NCBI GenBank assembly: GCA_964430705.1
Contig: CAYSGJ010000231.1
Coordinates: forward strand, 3,245-67,244
Reading direction: 5' to 3'
Source of the DNA: an uncultured Desulfobacterales bacterium
Lineage (GTDB): Bacteria > Desulfobacterota > Desulfobacteria > Desulfobacterales > C00003060
DNA length: 64,000 bases
In this document: positions 1 through 9,005 of the stretch, piece by piece
Layout of the letters: each line of letters starts with the position of its first letter
How positions within the stretch are numbered: position 1 is the stretch's first letter
Notes under the pieces: generated by a model
Told to the model about the DNA's origin: nothing
Database searches by the model: none
What the model saw: the letters and a program-made list of their open reading frames with translations, nothing else
Position numbers and translations under genes: made by a program

Positions 1-115
1 GGAACGCGGGATCTGCATCGTTGGATTGCCGCATCCGATCTTGTTCGGTGCGCATCATAGAGATCATTCGTTCAATAAGACGGTGTTCTATCATCAAAGG
101 TCCGATTGGCAACAT
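1..115 (-). CDS. hemerythrin-like (HHE cation-binding) protein, 5' fragment; gene runs off the left edge
   Basis: Minus-strand ATG at 115-113 with AGGAG 8 nt upstream. The translation MLPIGPLMIEHRLIERMISMMRTEQDRMRQ resembles N-termini of hemerythrin-domain proteins (recalled similarity, not searched). Only 38 codons are visible. Confidence 0.35.
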   Translation of the reverse strand, partial: MLPIGPLMIEHRLIERMISMMRTEQDRMRQSNDADPAF

Positions 116-424
116 CCTGCACGCTCCTTGGGATCGGTCGCCGATCCGCTCTGTTTTTTTATTTTCTTTTATTTTCCCAACGATTATCATGATCATCCTA
201 TCACGGATTGAATCCGGTTCAATACGCGTATACACGTATTTCTCAAACCGACCGGACAAATTCCGGCCGAGGTATTTCCAAATGTCCGATAGCCGAAGTC
301 TTGACCGTGACGCCACGCGCAAATACACGATTGACTCTATTGATACCGTTCGGCCAATAAAGATATCGTTGTCGCGTATGTTTGGTGTTGGTTGGATCCG
401 CCGATACCAACGGGAAGGCGATTC

Positions 425-1291
425 ATGACCTATCTGATTGCCACGTCGGCTGCGCATATCAAGTTCGCCGATGCAGCATGTTTTTACATTGACATCGATC
501 ACTTTCCATCGGGCGAAATGCGTATCCGTCTTCCCGATGAGATCTCCGGACAAGACGTTCGCCTTATCGGTTCGGTCCTTGCCGATGGGAACAGTATTTT
601 GGAATTGCTGATGGCCGCCGAGGGGCTCCATAATCGGGGTTGCCTTGTCGACCTGACGATCCTCTACATGGCATATGCACGTCAGGACAAGTCGAGCGAA
701 AAGGAAATCTTTGCCGCCAAGATCATCTGCCAAATCCTTCAGATCGCCCGCGCCGATCGGGTACATGTCATCGATGTCCACAATACCGAGCTCCAACGAT
801 TCTTTGCGTTTGAAAACGTGATCCCGGCGGAAATTTTCCGCAATGCTTTTTCCTTTCTCAAAGCGCCGGTCATCGTAGCGCCGGACAAGGGGGCCTTGGA
901 GCGGGCGGATTTCATTGCGAAACAGTGGGCTACGGATATGGCCGTCATGGAGAAAAAGCGTCTGGGACCTGGAAAAAGCGATGTTTTAAGGTTACAGGGA
1001 AATGTGCGAGACAGAGATGTGGTCATCGTCGATGATATCATCGACTCGGGAAATACGATCATGCAGGCCGCGCGCGTACTGCGCGAAAACGGGGCTCTGG
1101 CCGTATTCGTCGGCGCAACCCATGGCGTTTTCTCGGGCAATGCCCTGGATGTGCTCCGAGAATCGGAGATCAAAAAAATTGTTGTCACCGATACATTGCC
1201 GGTTCATGGAAAATCGAATGGAATCGTCGAGGTTTTTCCGATCGAAAGCGAATTGGAGCGGATCAGTCGGCGGCGGATAGCGAAGATTTAA
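425..1291 (+). CDS. prs: ribose-phosphate pyrophosphokinase (PRPP synthetase family)
   Basis: ORF 392-1291; the internal ATG at 425 (MTYLIATS) is the preferred start. It carries the PRPP-binding loop DVVIVDDIIDSGNT and the DVHNTELQRFF block typical of Prs. Confidence 0.8.
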   Translation: MTYLIATSAAHIKFADAACFYIDIDHFPSGEMRIRLPDEISGQDVRLIGSVLADGNSILELLMAAEGLHNRGCLVDLTILYMAYARQDKSSEKEIFAAKIICQILQIARADRVHVIDVHNTELQRFFAFENVIPAEIFRNAFSFLKAPVIVAPDKGALERADFIAKQWATDMAVMEKKRLGPGKSDVLRLQGNVRDRDVVIVDDIIDSGNTIMQAARVLRENGALAVFVGATHGVFSGNALDVLRESEIKKIVVTDTLPVHGKSNGIVEVFPIESELERISRRRIAKI

Positions 1292-1356
1292 ACGCGCCAA
1301 GATCCTCTGCCGGTCGCTTGTGAACAGAAGACCACAGCAGGTTTGCAACAGAGATG

Positions 1357-1878
1357 TCAGAAAGACCGGCCCAGCGTGCACAGCAGGGTCTCGACCCCTG
1401 GATTTCGTGTCGCCGTGCCGGCGTTTGACTTATGCCCGAGCGACAAGCCCAGTCGCCAGTCCGGCGCGATCCGATAGGACGTCCCGATCTGACTGCGAAA
1501 CATCGGCGCTGACGTTCCGAGGTCATTACCGACGCCTTTTGAATACACCCCCGGCATGATGCTTCCCTCAAGACGCCAGGAATCGGACAGGAGTACATAA
1601 AACACCGGGCCGGCGCCGCCCCAAAAGTCCCCGTCTCCGTCGGTTTCCGCTGCAAAGCCGAATCCGAACCACGCCCGCCGCGATGTCCATACGGCATCGC
1701 CGCGCACTTCCAAGCCGAAGGCCAGGGTGCGCCCCCGGTTTGCCCGATCACACACGTCGTCGATGCCGACTCCCAAAAGGAACTCGCCCGCCGACGCGAA
1801 CGAGACAAGCATTGCGGTAGAAACGATCCATGCGGCTGCGATGGCCGCTTTCAATGGTTTTTTTGAATGCATACGCAT
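1357..1878 (-). CDS. PagL-like outer-membrane lipid A deacylase / acyloxyacyl hydrolase family protein
   Basis: Start taken at internal Met (ATG 1878) giving signal peptide MRMHSKKPLKAAIAAAWIVSTAMLVSFASA. The body is Gly/aromatic-rich and beta-barrel-like. The C-terminal HKSNAGTATRNPGVE resembles the His-x-Ser-Asn catalytic block of PagL (recalled). Confidence 0.5.
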   Translation of the reverse strand: MRMHSKKPLKAAIAAAWIVSTAMLVSFASAGEFLLGVGIDDVCDRANRGRTLAFGLEVRGDAVWTSRRAWFGFGFAAETDGDGDFWGGAGPVFYVLLSDSWRLEGSIMPGVYSKGVGNDLGTSAPMFRSQIGTSYRIAPDWRLGLSLGHKSNAGTATRNPGVETLLCTLGRSF

Positions 1879-2605
1879 TTCCGCCCAGTCTCCGATTATT
1901 TGTTTTGTGAGACCCACATAGGAAAATCCCTTCAGCAAGCTCAGCAAATCTCGTACCAACCTGACAATTGACAACTATTGTTTCACCCGCCGGGTACATA
2001 CAAGGGGCACATGAAAGAATCTCAAGATTGTCGAATTGTCAGCCGATGATACAAATAAGGCATTGATGTGGCTGTTTGAAAATGGTTCGGATTGACAAAG
2101 GGCTGCACGGTTACGAAATGGAGAATTCCGGCAGGGAGGTGTGGTAATGTCGTTGGATGCTTTTGAACAGGAAGAGCAAGACCGAATACAGTACGAGTTG
2201 CAGCTTGCCGGCCAAGGCGGAAAAAAAGCAAAAGTATGGCCTTCTTCAGACCCGAGCCAACGGGATCGACCGAAAAAATCAAAAGCCGCACAAGTGGTAT
2301 CCAGTGCTGATTACCGGTTGACGCTCCAAGATGTACGCTCCAGGAGCTAGAAAAAAAACAATCACGTTTTTCTTCAAAAACATCCGTTCGGATTTCATCA
2401 TACCCGATCCCGGACGCGGACTATCCGTTTTCCGGTTTTCCGTGCCTACCGAAATAAGGCCCTTTGCCTTGCCCTCGATATATGTTTGTGTTCAACGCCG
2501 TTTCGGATTATATCCTGTTTCGATCCCGTTGGGCCTAAGAACAGGCCGGATGTACCGTGTGATGTCCAACGCTTCGAAAAAACGGGCACTAACCGGTTTA
2601 ATTTC

Positions 2606-2635
2606 TTGACTAAACGATACCCTCTGCGCTAGGGT
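2606..2635 (+). promoter_or_regulatory. possible sigma-70 promoter for ihfA
   Basis: TTGACT (2606-2611), an 18-nt spacer, then TAGGGT (2630-2635), about 40 nt upstream of the ihfA ATG. The -10 is weak. Confidence 0.25.
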
Positions 2636-2676
2636 AATTACAGAGCAGGGGGAAAAAACATTGGGAGCGAACAAGT

Positions 2677-2964
2677 ATGGCGCTAACAAAACATCACATT
2701 GTTGACACGGTGTATTCCAAGCTCGGTCTTCCCAAGAACAAAGCGGTTGATGTGGTTGAGTCTCTTCTGGAGATTATCAAGAAGAATCTGGAGAACGGCG
2801 AAGATGTCTTGATAAGTGGGTTCGGAAAGTTCTGTGTCAAAGAAAAGAGACAGAGACGGGGCCGAAACCCTCAAACTTCCCAAGAGATGATGCTTCGGGG
2901 CCGACGGGTTGTGACGTTCAGGTGTTCCGGAGTTCTTCGAGACAAGATTAACCGTGGGATGTAG
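2677..2964 (+). CDS. ihfA: integration host factor alpha-like DNA-bending protein (HU/IHF family)
   Basis: 95 aa. MALTK start, GFGKF..K.KRQRRGRNPQT arm and RRVVTFR..GVLRDKIN closely follow the IHF-alpha pattern. Confidence 0.8.
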   Translation: MALTKHHIVDTVYSKLGLPKNKAVDVVESLLEIIKKNLENGEDVLISGFGKFCVKEKRQRRGRNPQTSQEMMLRGRRVVTFRCSGVLRDKINRGM

Positions 2965-3035
2965 TGGGCCGGCAGAGCGAATTCTGTGTCGATCTTCCAA
3001 AAGTGTAGCCAAAACAGCGGAAACCCTTCAATATC

Positions 3036-5408
3036 GTGCTTGAAGTTTCCACCGTCAACGAAGGATTTTGGGTGAAAAACATCGTCGAGTCGCCATCCCT
3101 ATGTCCTTATCTCGAGTCCGGCGAGGCAAGGTTTTACTTGGCTTTTTCTCCTGTTTTTCGGGACAATGTGATCGAGGGTAAAGCCCCTTTCCCTTTTATC
3201 AGTATGGATTCTTCAGGCCCCTTGTCCCGCATTGTCATGGCCGATATACTCAGCGATGCCGGCGCCAAAATAAGCAGTGTTTTCGTGTTGCTCCAACAGG
3301 ATGTTTACAGAATTCCAAAAGACCCGATGCGCCCTTTTAGTAATAAGGACGTCGAGACCTGTTGGCAAAAAACGTTTTCCCTTTGCTCGGGCCGGAATTC
3401 GGATGACTCTCCGATGGTGTTGTCCGTGCAAACCGGCAAAGGCGGGCAACTGACGCCTTTTGAGTCACTGTTTTATTGCAAAAAAACAAAGGTTTTTTTT
3501 CCTCCTCCATGCCCCGCTTGCGGCAACACCCTTCATCAATGCTATGATGACGATTTGTTAATTGACCACGGACTTCAGCCTTATTCGACCTCGCTCAAAC
3601 GCTATCTTTTTTGTCCAACGTGTTTTGATCCGGCGGGGCAGTCGGATTTTTACGTATATGAGTTGGACGGTTCCGATTCCCCCAAACTAAAAGACCGATG
3701 GGATCTGATTGGGGAATTTGGACGACTGTTGGATGGAAACGTACAGGCCCATCGTTTTCCCTGTCTGCGGTGTTCGGAAAACAAGGCTTGTTACGGTACG
3801 GATGGTCAAGCGGCGGCAAGGATGACGCCTTTTTGCTTCTATCCTTTTTTCATGTTGATTTATCCCGCCATGTCTATACAGGCCCAAGATTTTCTTGCGC
3901 TCCTGTCAGGGAGAAAAGCGGAGGCGCTCAGGAAGCAACTTGAGGCAACGGAACAAATTGGACGAGCGCGTTGCGTGGAAAAAATTGAGAAAAAGAATGA
4001 AATCGGCACAGGGTTTCTTTTTCATGGGGACAAGAGACACTTTTTGGAAGTATTGTATCTCAAGCTCTGCTTTGTGGATATGCTGTTTCGGACGCTGGAT
4101 TTGAGACAGGATTCATTGAGTTTTCATGATATGGCGCCATCCCTGGAAGGCGTTTGGGTCAAGGTCAACAACCAGGGGGCTCTTCTGCCTTTCCTCTGGG
4201 CCTTCCACGCCGGGACTATCGGGCCGCGGGGAAGCACCGAAGGCCGTGGCATGCCGGCAATTTCTTTGAGTCAAGCCTTGTATTCCATGGGCATGTTTTG
4301 GCTGTATGCTCTTCTTGTGAACAAGGTGCAAGGGGTTGCTGCGGTTTTCGACGCGATGAACACGGTCATAGAAAAGGCGGTCGATTTAGATGAAGCCGGC
4401 CAAAAAGAACTTCTGAAAAATGGGTTTGCACATACGACTTCTCCTGAAAATATCTTTTGGGATCCCCTGAAGTACCCACAAAAGATTCTTGAGCCCGAGT
4501 GGCTGACGCTTTGGAATAAGGCTATTGAATTGGGGTGGTCTTTGTTGATGGCCGGTATCAAAGGACATTCGGGTTTTTCCAAGGAAATGTTTTGCCAAGA
4601 TTGCGAAACATTGAGAGAGCAGATAAAAAAACATCTGTTTGCCCGGCAGCCGTCACCGGCTGCGGTTGAAGCCGGCGGGGTTGACACAACACCGGATATT
4701 GAGGCACAAAAACAGTTTTCAGCCGACAAAACTATTTCCAATATGCTTGGCAACATTGTTGATACATGGCGGGAAGAATTGGAAACAGCCCATGGCAAAG
4801 ACAGCGGGGCCGGAACAAAAGAAATAGATGGCGACCTGGAAGAAACGGTTATGCTGGCGCCCGGGCAAACAGAGGCCGGGGAGCAAGCGGCCGTAGCGGG
4901 TGAAGACGAAGACGAGACCTATGAAACCGTGATTCTTTCGTCGGGCGATTTCGTCGAGGGCCCAGCCGCCCATGTCCCCACGGAACAAACGGATTTGGAA
5001 GAGACTGTAATCATTTCAACTTCAACCGGCCCCGCAGAAACCATCGAACCGGAAAAGACGGCGCCGCAGGAATCTTCCTCGGGTGCAACGCCCGAGGAAG
5101 AAATGCTTGACACGGTGGTTATCTCTCCTTCCCAGGCAAGGGATGCGGCGTCTCGTTTTGGGAAACCCGAAGCAGGGCCGCCGGAGGCCGTAACTCAGGA
5201 AGACGAGGCGCCCGAGACCGTGATTATTTCCCCGGTCCAAGGCAGGGTCGGCGCCTCCGGATCTGACGCGGATAAGCGCGGGGCCGGGTTCGGCTCTGAT
5301 GAGAGATCTGAAGATGTCGGCTCTGAAGGAGCTACGGCAAGAGCGCAAGACGAAGATTTCACCGAAACGGTTGTTATCAACACCAAAAAACCCGTGGACG
5401 AAAAATAG
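3036..5408 (+). CDS. large Zn-ribbon protein with acidic disordered tail carrying six [DE]-T-V-[IVM]-[IL] repeats; function unknown, T6SS-linked
   Basis: 790-aa ORF (GTG start; 5' boundary uncertain). It has Cys pairs CPACG...HQC, CPTC and CLRC..C. The C-terminal ~190 aa are E/P/G/A-rich with a repeated ETVxI motif. Its stop is 2 nt before the next gene. Confidence 0.6.
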   Translation: MLEVSTVNEGFWVKNIVESPSLCPYLESGEARFYLAFSPVFRDNVIEGKAPFPFISMDSSGPLSRIVMADILSDAGAKISSVFVLLQQDVYRIPKDPMRPFSNKDVETCWQKTFSLCSGRNSDDSPMVLSVQTGKGGQLTPFESLFYCKKTKVFFPPPCPACGNTLHQCYDDDLLIDHGLQPYSTSLKRYLFCPTCFDPAGQSDFYVYELDGSDSPKLKDRWDLIGEFGRLLDGNVQAHRFPCLRCSENKACYGTDGQAAARMTPFCFYPFFMLIYPAMSIQAQDFLALLSGRKAEALRKQLEATEQIGRARCVEKIEKKNEIGTGFLFHGDKRHFLEVLYLKLCFVDMLFRTLDLRQDSLSFHDMAPSLEGVWVKVNNQGALLPFLWAFHAGTIGPRGSTEGRGMPAISLSQALYSMGMFWLYALLVNKVQGVAAVFDAMNTVIEKAVDLDEAGQKELLKNGFAHTTSPENIFWDPLKYPQKILEPEWLTLWNKAIELGWSLLMAGIKGHSGFSKEMFCQDCETLREQIKKHLFARQPSPAAVEAGGVDTTPDIEAQKQFSADKTISNMLGNIVDTWREELETAHGKDSGAGTKEIDGDLEETVMLAPGQTEAGEQAAVAGEDEDETYETVILSSGDFVEGPAAHVPTEQTDLEETVIISTSTGPAETIEPEKTAPQESSSGATPEEEMLDTVVISPSQARDAASRFGKPEAGPPEAVTQEDEAPETVIISPVQGRVGASGSDADKRGAGFGSDERSEDVGSEGATARAQDEDFTETVVINTKKPVDEK

Positions 5409-5410
5409 CC

Positions 5411-6139
5411 ATGGCGACACACAGCGGATCGTTGGTCGACGATATCAGGCGAATTTACCAAGCCGAGGGCGCCGGCGCACAGGGCGCCGTGGAGACGTTT
5501 CTATTAAAAACATGGGATGATCTTTCACCCGATGCCCGACTGGCGGCATTGGAAAAGCTGAAGGAGCGGTTTGACGGCAGCGTCCGGCAAATGCCCGGCA
5601 ACGGCGTGGCAATAGATGACGAGGTCCTTTCCAGGGTTTTTTCTCTTTTACTGGGAAGGAAAGTTTCCCGGGCCGATCTTTCTTCAACGGAGCTGCTGGA
5701 GAGGCTGGCTGTTTCACTGAACACTATTTTCGATAACCTGAATCAATTGGTGGGCGTCATCAATACGACGCTTACCGGCCGGGGTGTCGGAGAGGAAACC
5801 ATCCGGCAAGTCATAGGCGGGCAGATGGAAGGGCAAGGCCAAACCGAGTCTCTTGAAAGTTATCTGGGGCAGATTAAAGAGGCGTTCCTGGTTGCCCGAG
5901 AGGCTTTCACAAAAGCCGCTCATGGCAAGGTCCATCAGATTTTGGAGGAACTCAACCCGGAGGCAATTTCGCAGACCCGAGGTGGGGGGTTGAAGTTTGG
6001 ACCGCTTCGCAAAGCCGAATTTTTTGATATTTACAAGGAACGATTTGATAAGATCCAAAAATGGTTTGAAACGGGACGGTTCATGGAGGAATTCTTAAGG
6101 GAATTCGAAAAATGCGCCCGGATACTGTCCCATCAGTGA
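5411..6139 (+). CDS. hypothetical helical protein, T6SS-linked
   Basis: 242-aa ORF tightly coupled to the upstream gene (TAG at 5406-5408, ATG at 5411). No motif I can assign. There is a faint resemblance to the C-terminal half of TagH-type proteins, but it is not supportable without a search. Confidence 0.55.
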   Translation: MATHSGSLVDDIRRIYQAEGAGAQGAVETFLLKTWDDLSPDARLAALEKLKERFDGSVRQMPGNGVAIDDEVLSRVFSLLLGRKVSRADLSSTELLERLAVSLNTIFDNLNQLVGVINTTLTGRGVGEETIRQVIGGQMEGQGQTESLESYLGQIKEAFLVAREAFTKAAHGKVHQILEELNPEAISQTRGGGLKFGPLRKAEFFDIYKERFDKIQKWFETGRFMEEFLREFEKCARILSHQ

Positions 6140-6162
6140 CTCCAAGCATAAGTCATGGGTCC

Positions 6163-6326
6163 TGCCGATGAAAAACAGGTGCGAAACAATGCCGATGAGA
6201 AACGATGGCTCGGTAATCATTTCTAAAAGCCGGGATTTTTTTAATGCGTGCCGCCGACAAAGCGTGGGCTCTTGGACGGGCCTTTTTGATGCCCCCCCGC
6301 CCTGCTGTGTTGGTAGTTGCCGATGA
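6163..6326. promoter_or_regulatory. three copies of TGCCGATGA in the tssJ upstream region
   Basis: Exact 9-mer at 6163-6171, 6190-6198 and 6318-6326. The first two extend to TGCCGATGA[A/G]AAAC and lie 27 bp apart. The third ends 12 nt before the tssJ start. Confidence 0.3.
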
Positions 6327-6338
6327 GGAGGTGACGAC

Positions 6339-6878
6339 GTGAAAAAGTATGGATGGTTATGTGTGTCGTTGGTGTTTTTGAGTGTTTTGTGGTCTTGCGC
6401 CTCTCAGCCGGTTGCCCCGCCTTCGGAGTGGCGATATGAGCAAGGGGCCATTCATCTTAATTTGCAAGCGGATTTTCAATTGAATCTGTACGAAGGACAA
6501 CCCCATACGTTGCTGGTTTGTGTGTATCAGCTCCGAGATCCAAATGCATTCAATCAGCTTACGGAAGACGAAGACGGCCTGTACAAGCTCCTGGAGTGCA
6601 GTCGGTTCGACTCCAGTGTGGTGAATTCAAAAAGGCTGTTTATTCAACCGGGTCAAACCCTGACCGATACCTTGGACAGAGCGGAAGGAGCAAGGTATGT
6701 TGCGGTGGTTGCCGGGTATTATCTGGTGCGCAAAGAGAGTTTGGTTCGACTCTATAAAATTCCCTGGTTTGTTGAGAAAAAGGGGTTCCTTCGCCGCAGC
6801 AAGGTGTCTAAGCCTGGGCCGCTGAAGATCGATCTCGTGCTGGGTTCTGAACAGATACAAGATTCCGGGAGGCAGTAG
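6339..6878 (+). CDS. tssJ: T6SS outer-membrane lipoprotein TssJ
   Basis: Lipoprotein-type N-terminus (LSVLWSC/AS). The body (IHLNLQAD..LNLYEGQPHTLLVCVYQLRD..ARYVAVVAGY) is typical of TssJ/SciN. It lies directly upstream of tssK. Confidence 0.75.
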   Translation: MKKYGWLCVSLVFLSVLWSCASQPVAPPSEWRYEQGAIHLNLQADFQLNLYEGQPHTLLVCVYQLRDPNAFNQLTEDEDGLYKLLECSRFDSSVVNSKRLFIQPGQTLTDTLDRAEGARYVAVVAGYYLVRKESLVRLYKIPWFVEKKGFLRRSKVSKPGPLKIDLVLGSEQIQDSGRQ

Positions 6879-6882
6879 AACG

Positions 6883-8268
6883 ATGGAGAAACCCCTTTTT
6901 TGGCACCAAGGCCTATTTCTTCAGCCTCAGCATTTTCAGCTGGGGGATATCTATCACCAGTCGTTGCTCATTCCGTATCAAAAATACCTTCAGCCTCATT
7001 TTTGGGGGGTGGGTGATTTAAAGATTGAAGAAAGCGCTTTAGGGACGGGCTCCTTCAGCATTTCCAAGGGTCATTTCCTGTTTCCCGACATGACCTACGT
7101 GGAGTTTCCGGGAAATGCCGTTCTGGAGAGCCGTACATTTGACGAGGCCTGGGTGGAAGGGGGCAAACCTTTTACGGTTCTTGTCGGGCTCCGGAAGTGG
7201 AACGGCGCCAGGGAAAATGTGACGGTTCTTTCCAAGTTGGAAAACTTGGCGGAAGTAACCACACGTTTTGTCACGACAACAGACACAGAAGAGGCGCCTG
7301 ATTTGCATCAGGGGGGACCGGCCGCTCACGTCAAGCGACTCCACCACGCCCCGAGAATTTTCTGGGGAACCGAAAGAGACCAACTGGGAGACTATGTTGT
7401 TGTCCCTGTGGCACAACTGGAAAGGGTCGGAGACGAAATCCGGGTTTCCGAGGATTTCGCACCGCCATGTCTTTCCATTTCCAGTTCGCCACCGCTTGTC
7501 AAGTTGGTTCGGGAATTGCGGGACCAGATAGCGGCCAGGAGCCACCATCTCGAATCGTATAAACGGCAAAGGGGGATTCACACTGCAGAGTTTGGATCGC
7601 GAGACATGGTGTTTCTGCTGGCCCTGAGGTCGTTGAACCGGTATATCCCACCGCTTTTTCATATTACGGAAACCCAATGTGTGGATCCGTGGACGGTTTA
7701 CGGGCTTTTGAGGCAGTTGATCGGCGAACTTTCGTCGTTTTCCGAGAGACTCAATGTGATTGGCGAGTTTGAAGACGGTACCCGACTATTGCCGAAATAT
7801 GATCATGCCAACTTGTGGGACTGTTTTTCAGCGGCGTTGGGTTTGGTCACGCAGCTTCTCGACGACATTACGGCGGGTCCCGAATATGTGATGCAACTCT
7901 TGTTTGACGGAACCTATTATGCCGCAGAGCTGTCTCCTCAGATTTTTGAGGGAAGGAACCGTTTTTATCTGATTTTTGAAACGGAAGAAGACCCCAGGTC
8001 CGTGCTTCAGGCAATCGAAACCATCGCGAAACTGGGTTCCCGAGAATCGTTGCCCATTTTAATCGCCCGTGCCCTTCCCGGGATCAAGTTGGAGCATCTG
8101 GCCGTGCCGCCCCAGGAACTGCCGCGAAGGGCGCGCGGGGTTTATTTTCAGGTTGACCATCACAGCGACCAGTGGGCACAGGTTCAAAAGGCAAATAATG
8201 TGGCTTTGTATTGGGACGCCGCGCCGGAAGATTTAAAAATAGAACTGATGGTGGTAGGGAGATCGTAG
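6883..8268 (+). CDS. tssK: T6SS baseplate protein TssK
   Basis: The N-terminus KPLFWHQGLFLQPQHFQ is the signature TssK/ImpJ start. 461 aa. Confidence 0.9.
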   Translation: MEKPLFWHQGLFLQPQHFQLGDIYHQSLLIPYQKYLQPHFWGVGDLKIEESALGTGSFSISKGHFLFPDMTYVEFPGNAVLESRTFDEAWVEGGKPFTVLVGLRKWNGARENVTVLSKLENLAEVTTRFVTTTDTEEAPDLHQGGPAAHVKRLHHAPRIFWGTERDQLGDYVVVPVAQLERVGDEIRVSEDFAPPCLSISSSPPLVKLVRELRDQIAARSHHLESYKRQRGIHTAEFGSRDMVFLLALRSLNRYIPPLFHITETQCVDPWTVYGLLRQLIGELSSFSERLNVIGEFEDGTRLLPKYDHANLWDCFSAALGLVTQLLDDITAGPEYVMQLLFDGTYYAAELSPQIFEGRNRFYLIFETEEDPRSVLQAIETIAKLGSRESLPILIARALPGIKLEHLAVPPQELPRRARGVYFQVDHHSDQWAQVQKANNVALYWDAAPEDLKIELMVVGRS

Positions 8269-8270
8269 CT

Positions 8271-8942
8271 ATGCGCCTGACGGATTGTTTTATGGAACTG
8301 GTTGCGTATGTGGCCTATTTTCTCAAGACGGCCGCATCCAAACAGCCCCCCTTTGATCAAGTCAAAGCGGACATTCGACGCCTCATGACCGAAAGCGAAA
8401 ATCGGTTTAGCGAAGGGGCGTTTTCCCAGGACGATTTTGACCTGGCCCGCTTTGCCATATGTGCCTGGGTCGATGAGGCTATACTGAATTCCGCTTGGAA
8501 TGAAAAAGGCAGATGGCAGACGGAGCCATTGCAAAGACTATATTATCAAACGACGGATGCCGGAGAGATCTTTTTCGACCGATTGAACAGTCTCGGCCCC
8601 CATCAAAGAGACGTGAGGGAAGTGTATTTCTTGTGTCTTGCCATGGGATTCATTGGCCGGTATTGTCATGAAGGGGATGAATATCTATTGGAACAATTGA
8701 AGACATCCAATCTGAAGGTTCTCACAGGAAGCTCAGTGGGAGTTCCGTCACTGGATCGTATAGAACTCTTTACCGAAGCTTATCCCGCCGATTCGGTTGA
8801 GACCGGTTCCAAAAAAGGAAAGTTTCGCTTTTCGGGTTTTACCCTTTTTTGTATCGGGGCGCCTGTGGGGTTATTTTTTATTCTCTTTTTGATATACCGA
8901 TTCATCCTGAGTAACGTCGGCGAAACGATCTTGAAAGCATAG
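8271..8942 (+). CDS. tssL: T6SS membrane complex protein TssL (DotU family)
   Basis: ATG 8271 (MRLTDCFMELVAYV) lies 2 nt after the tssK stop. It has a DotU-like cytoplasmic domain and a single C-terminal TM (FTLFCIGAPVGLFFILFLIY). No peptidoglycan-binding extension. Confidence 0.85.
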   Translation: MRLTDCFMELVAYVAYFLKTAASKQPPFDQVKADIRRLMTESENRFSEGAFSQDDFDLARFAICAWVDEAILNSAWNEKGRWQTEPLQRLYYQTTDAGEIFFDRLNSLGPHQRDVREVYFLCLAMGFIGRYCHEGDEYLLEQLKTSNLKVLTGSSVGVPSLDRIELFTEAYPADSVETGSKKGKFRFSGFTLFCIGAPVGLFFILFLIYRFILSNVGETILKA

Positions 8943-9005
8943 GCGGATATACTCTCCAATGCAATCAAGCAAACCCTTGGAGCAAATTCATTCGGTTTAC
9001 AAGCG

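Noticed and set aside
2141-2350. 69-aa ORF with GGGAGG upstream of an internal ATG (2147)
   Set aside because: The product is hydrophilic and low-complexity with no motif. It sits in a 680-bp intergenic region. It could be a real small protein, but I cannot support it from sequence alone.
5411-6139. Possible TagH/Fha C-terminal-domain homology of the 242-aa protein
   Set aside because: This rests only on a vague recollection of helical pattern (LKF, ..P..I.., W..Y/F). The motif order does not clearly match and there is no FHA domain. It is left as hypothetical pending a profile search.
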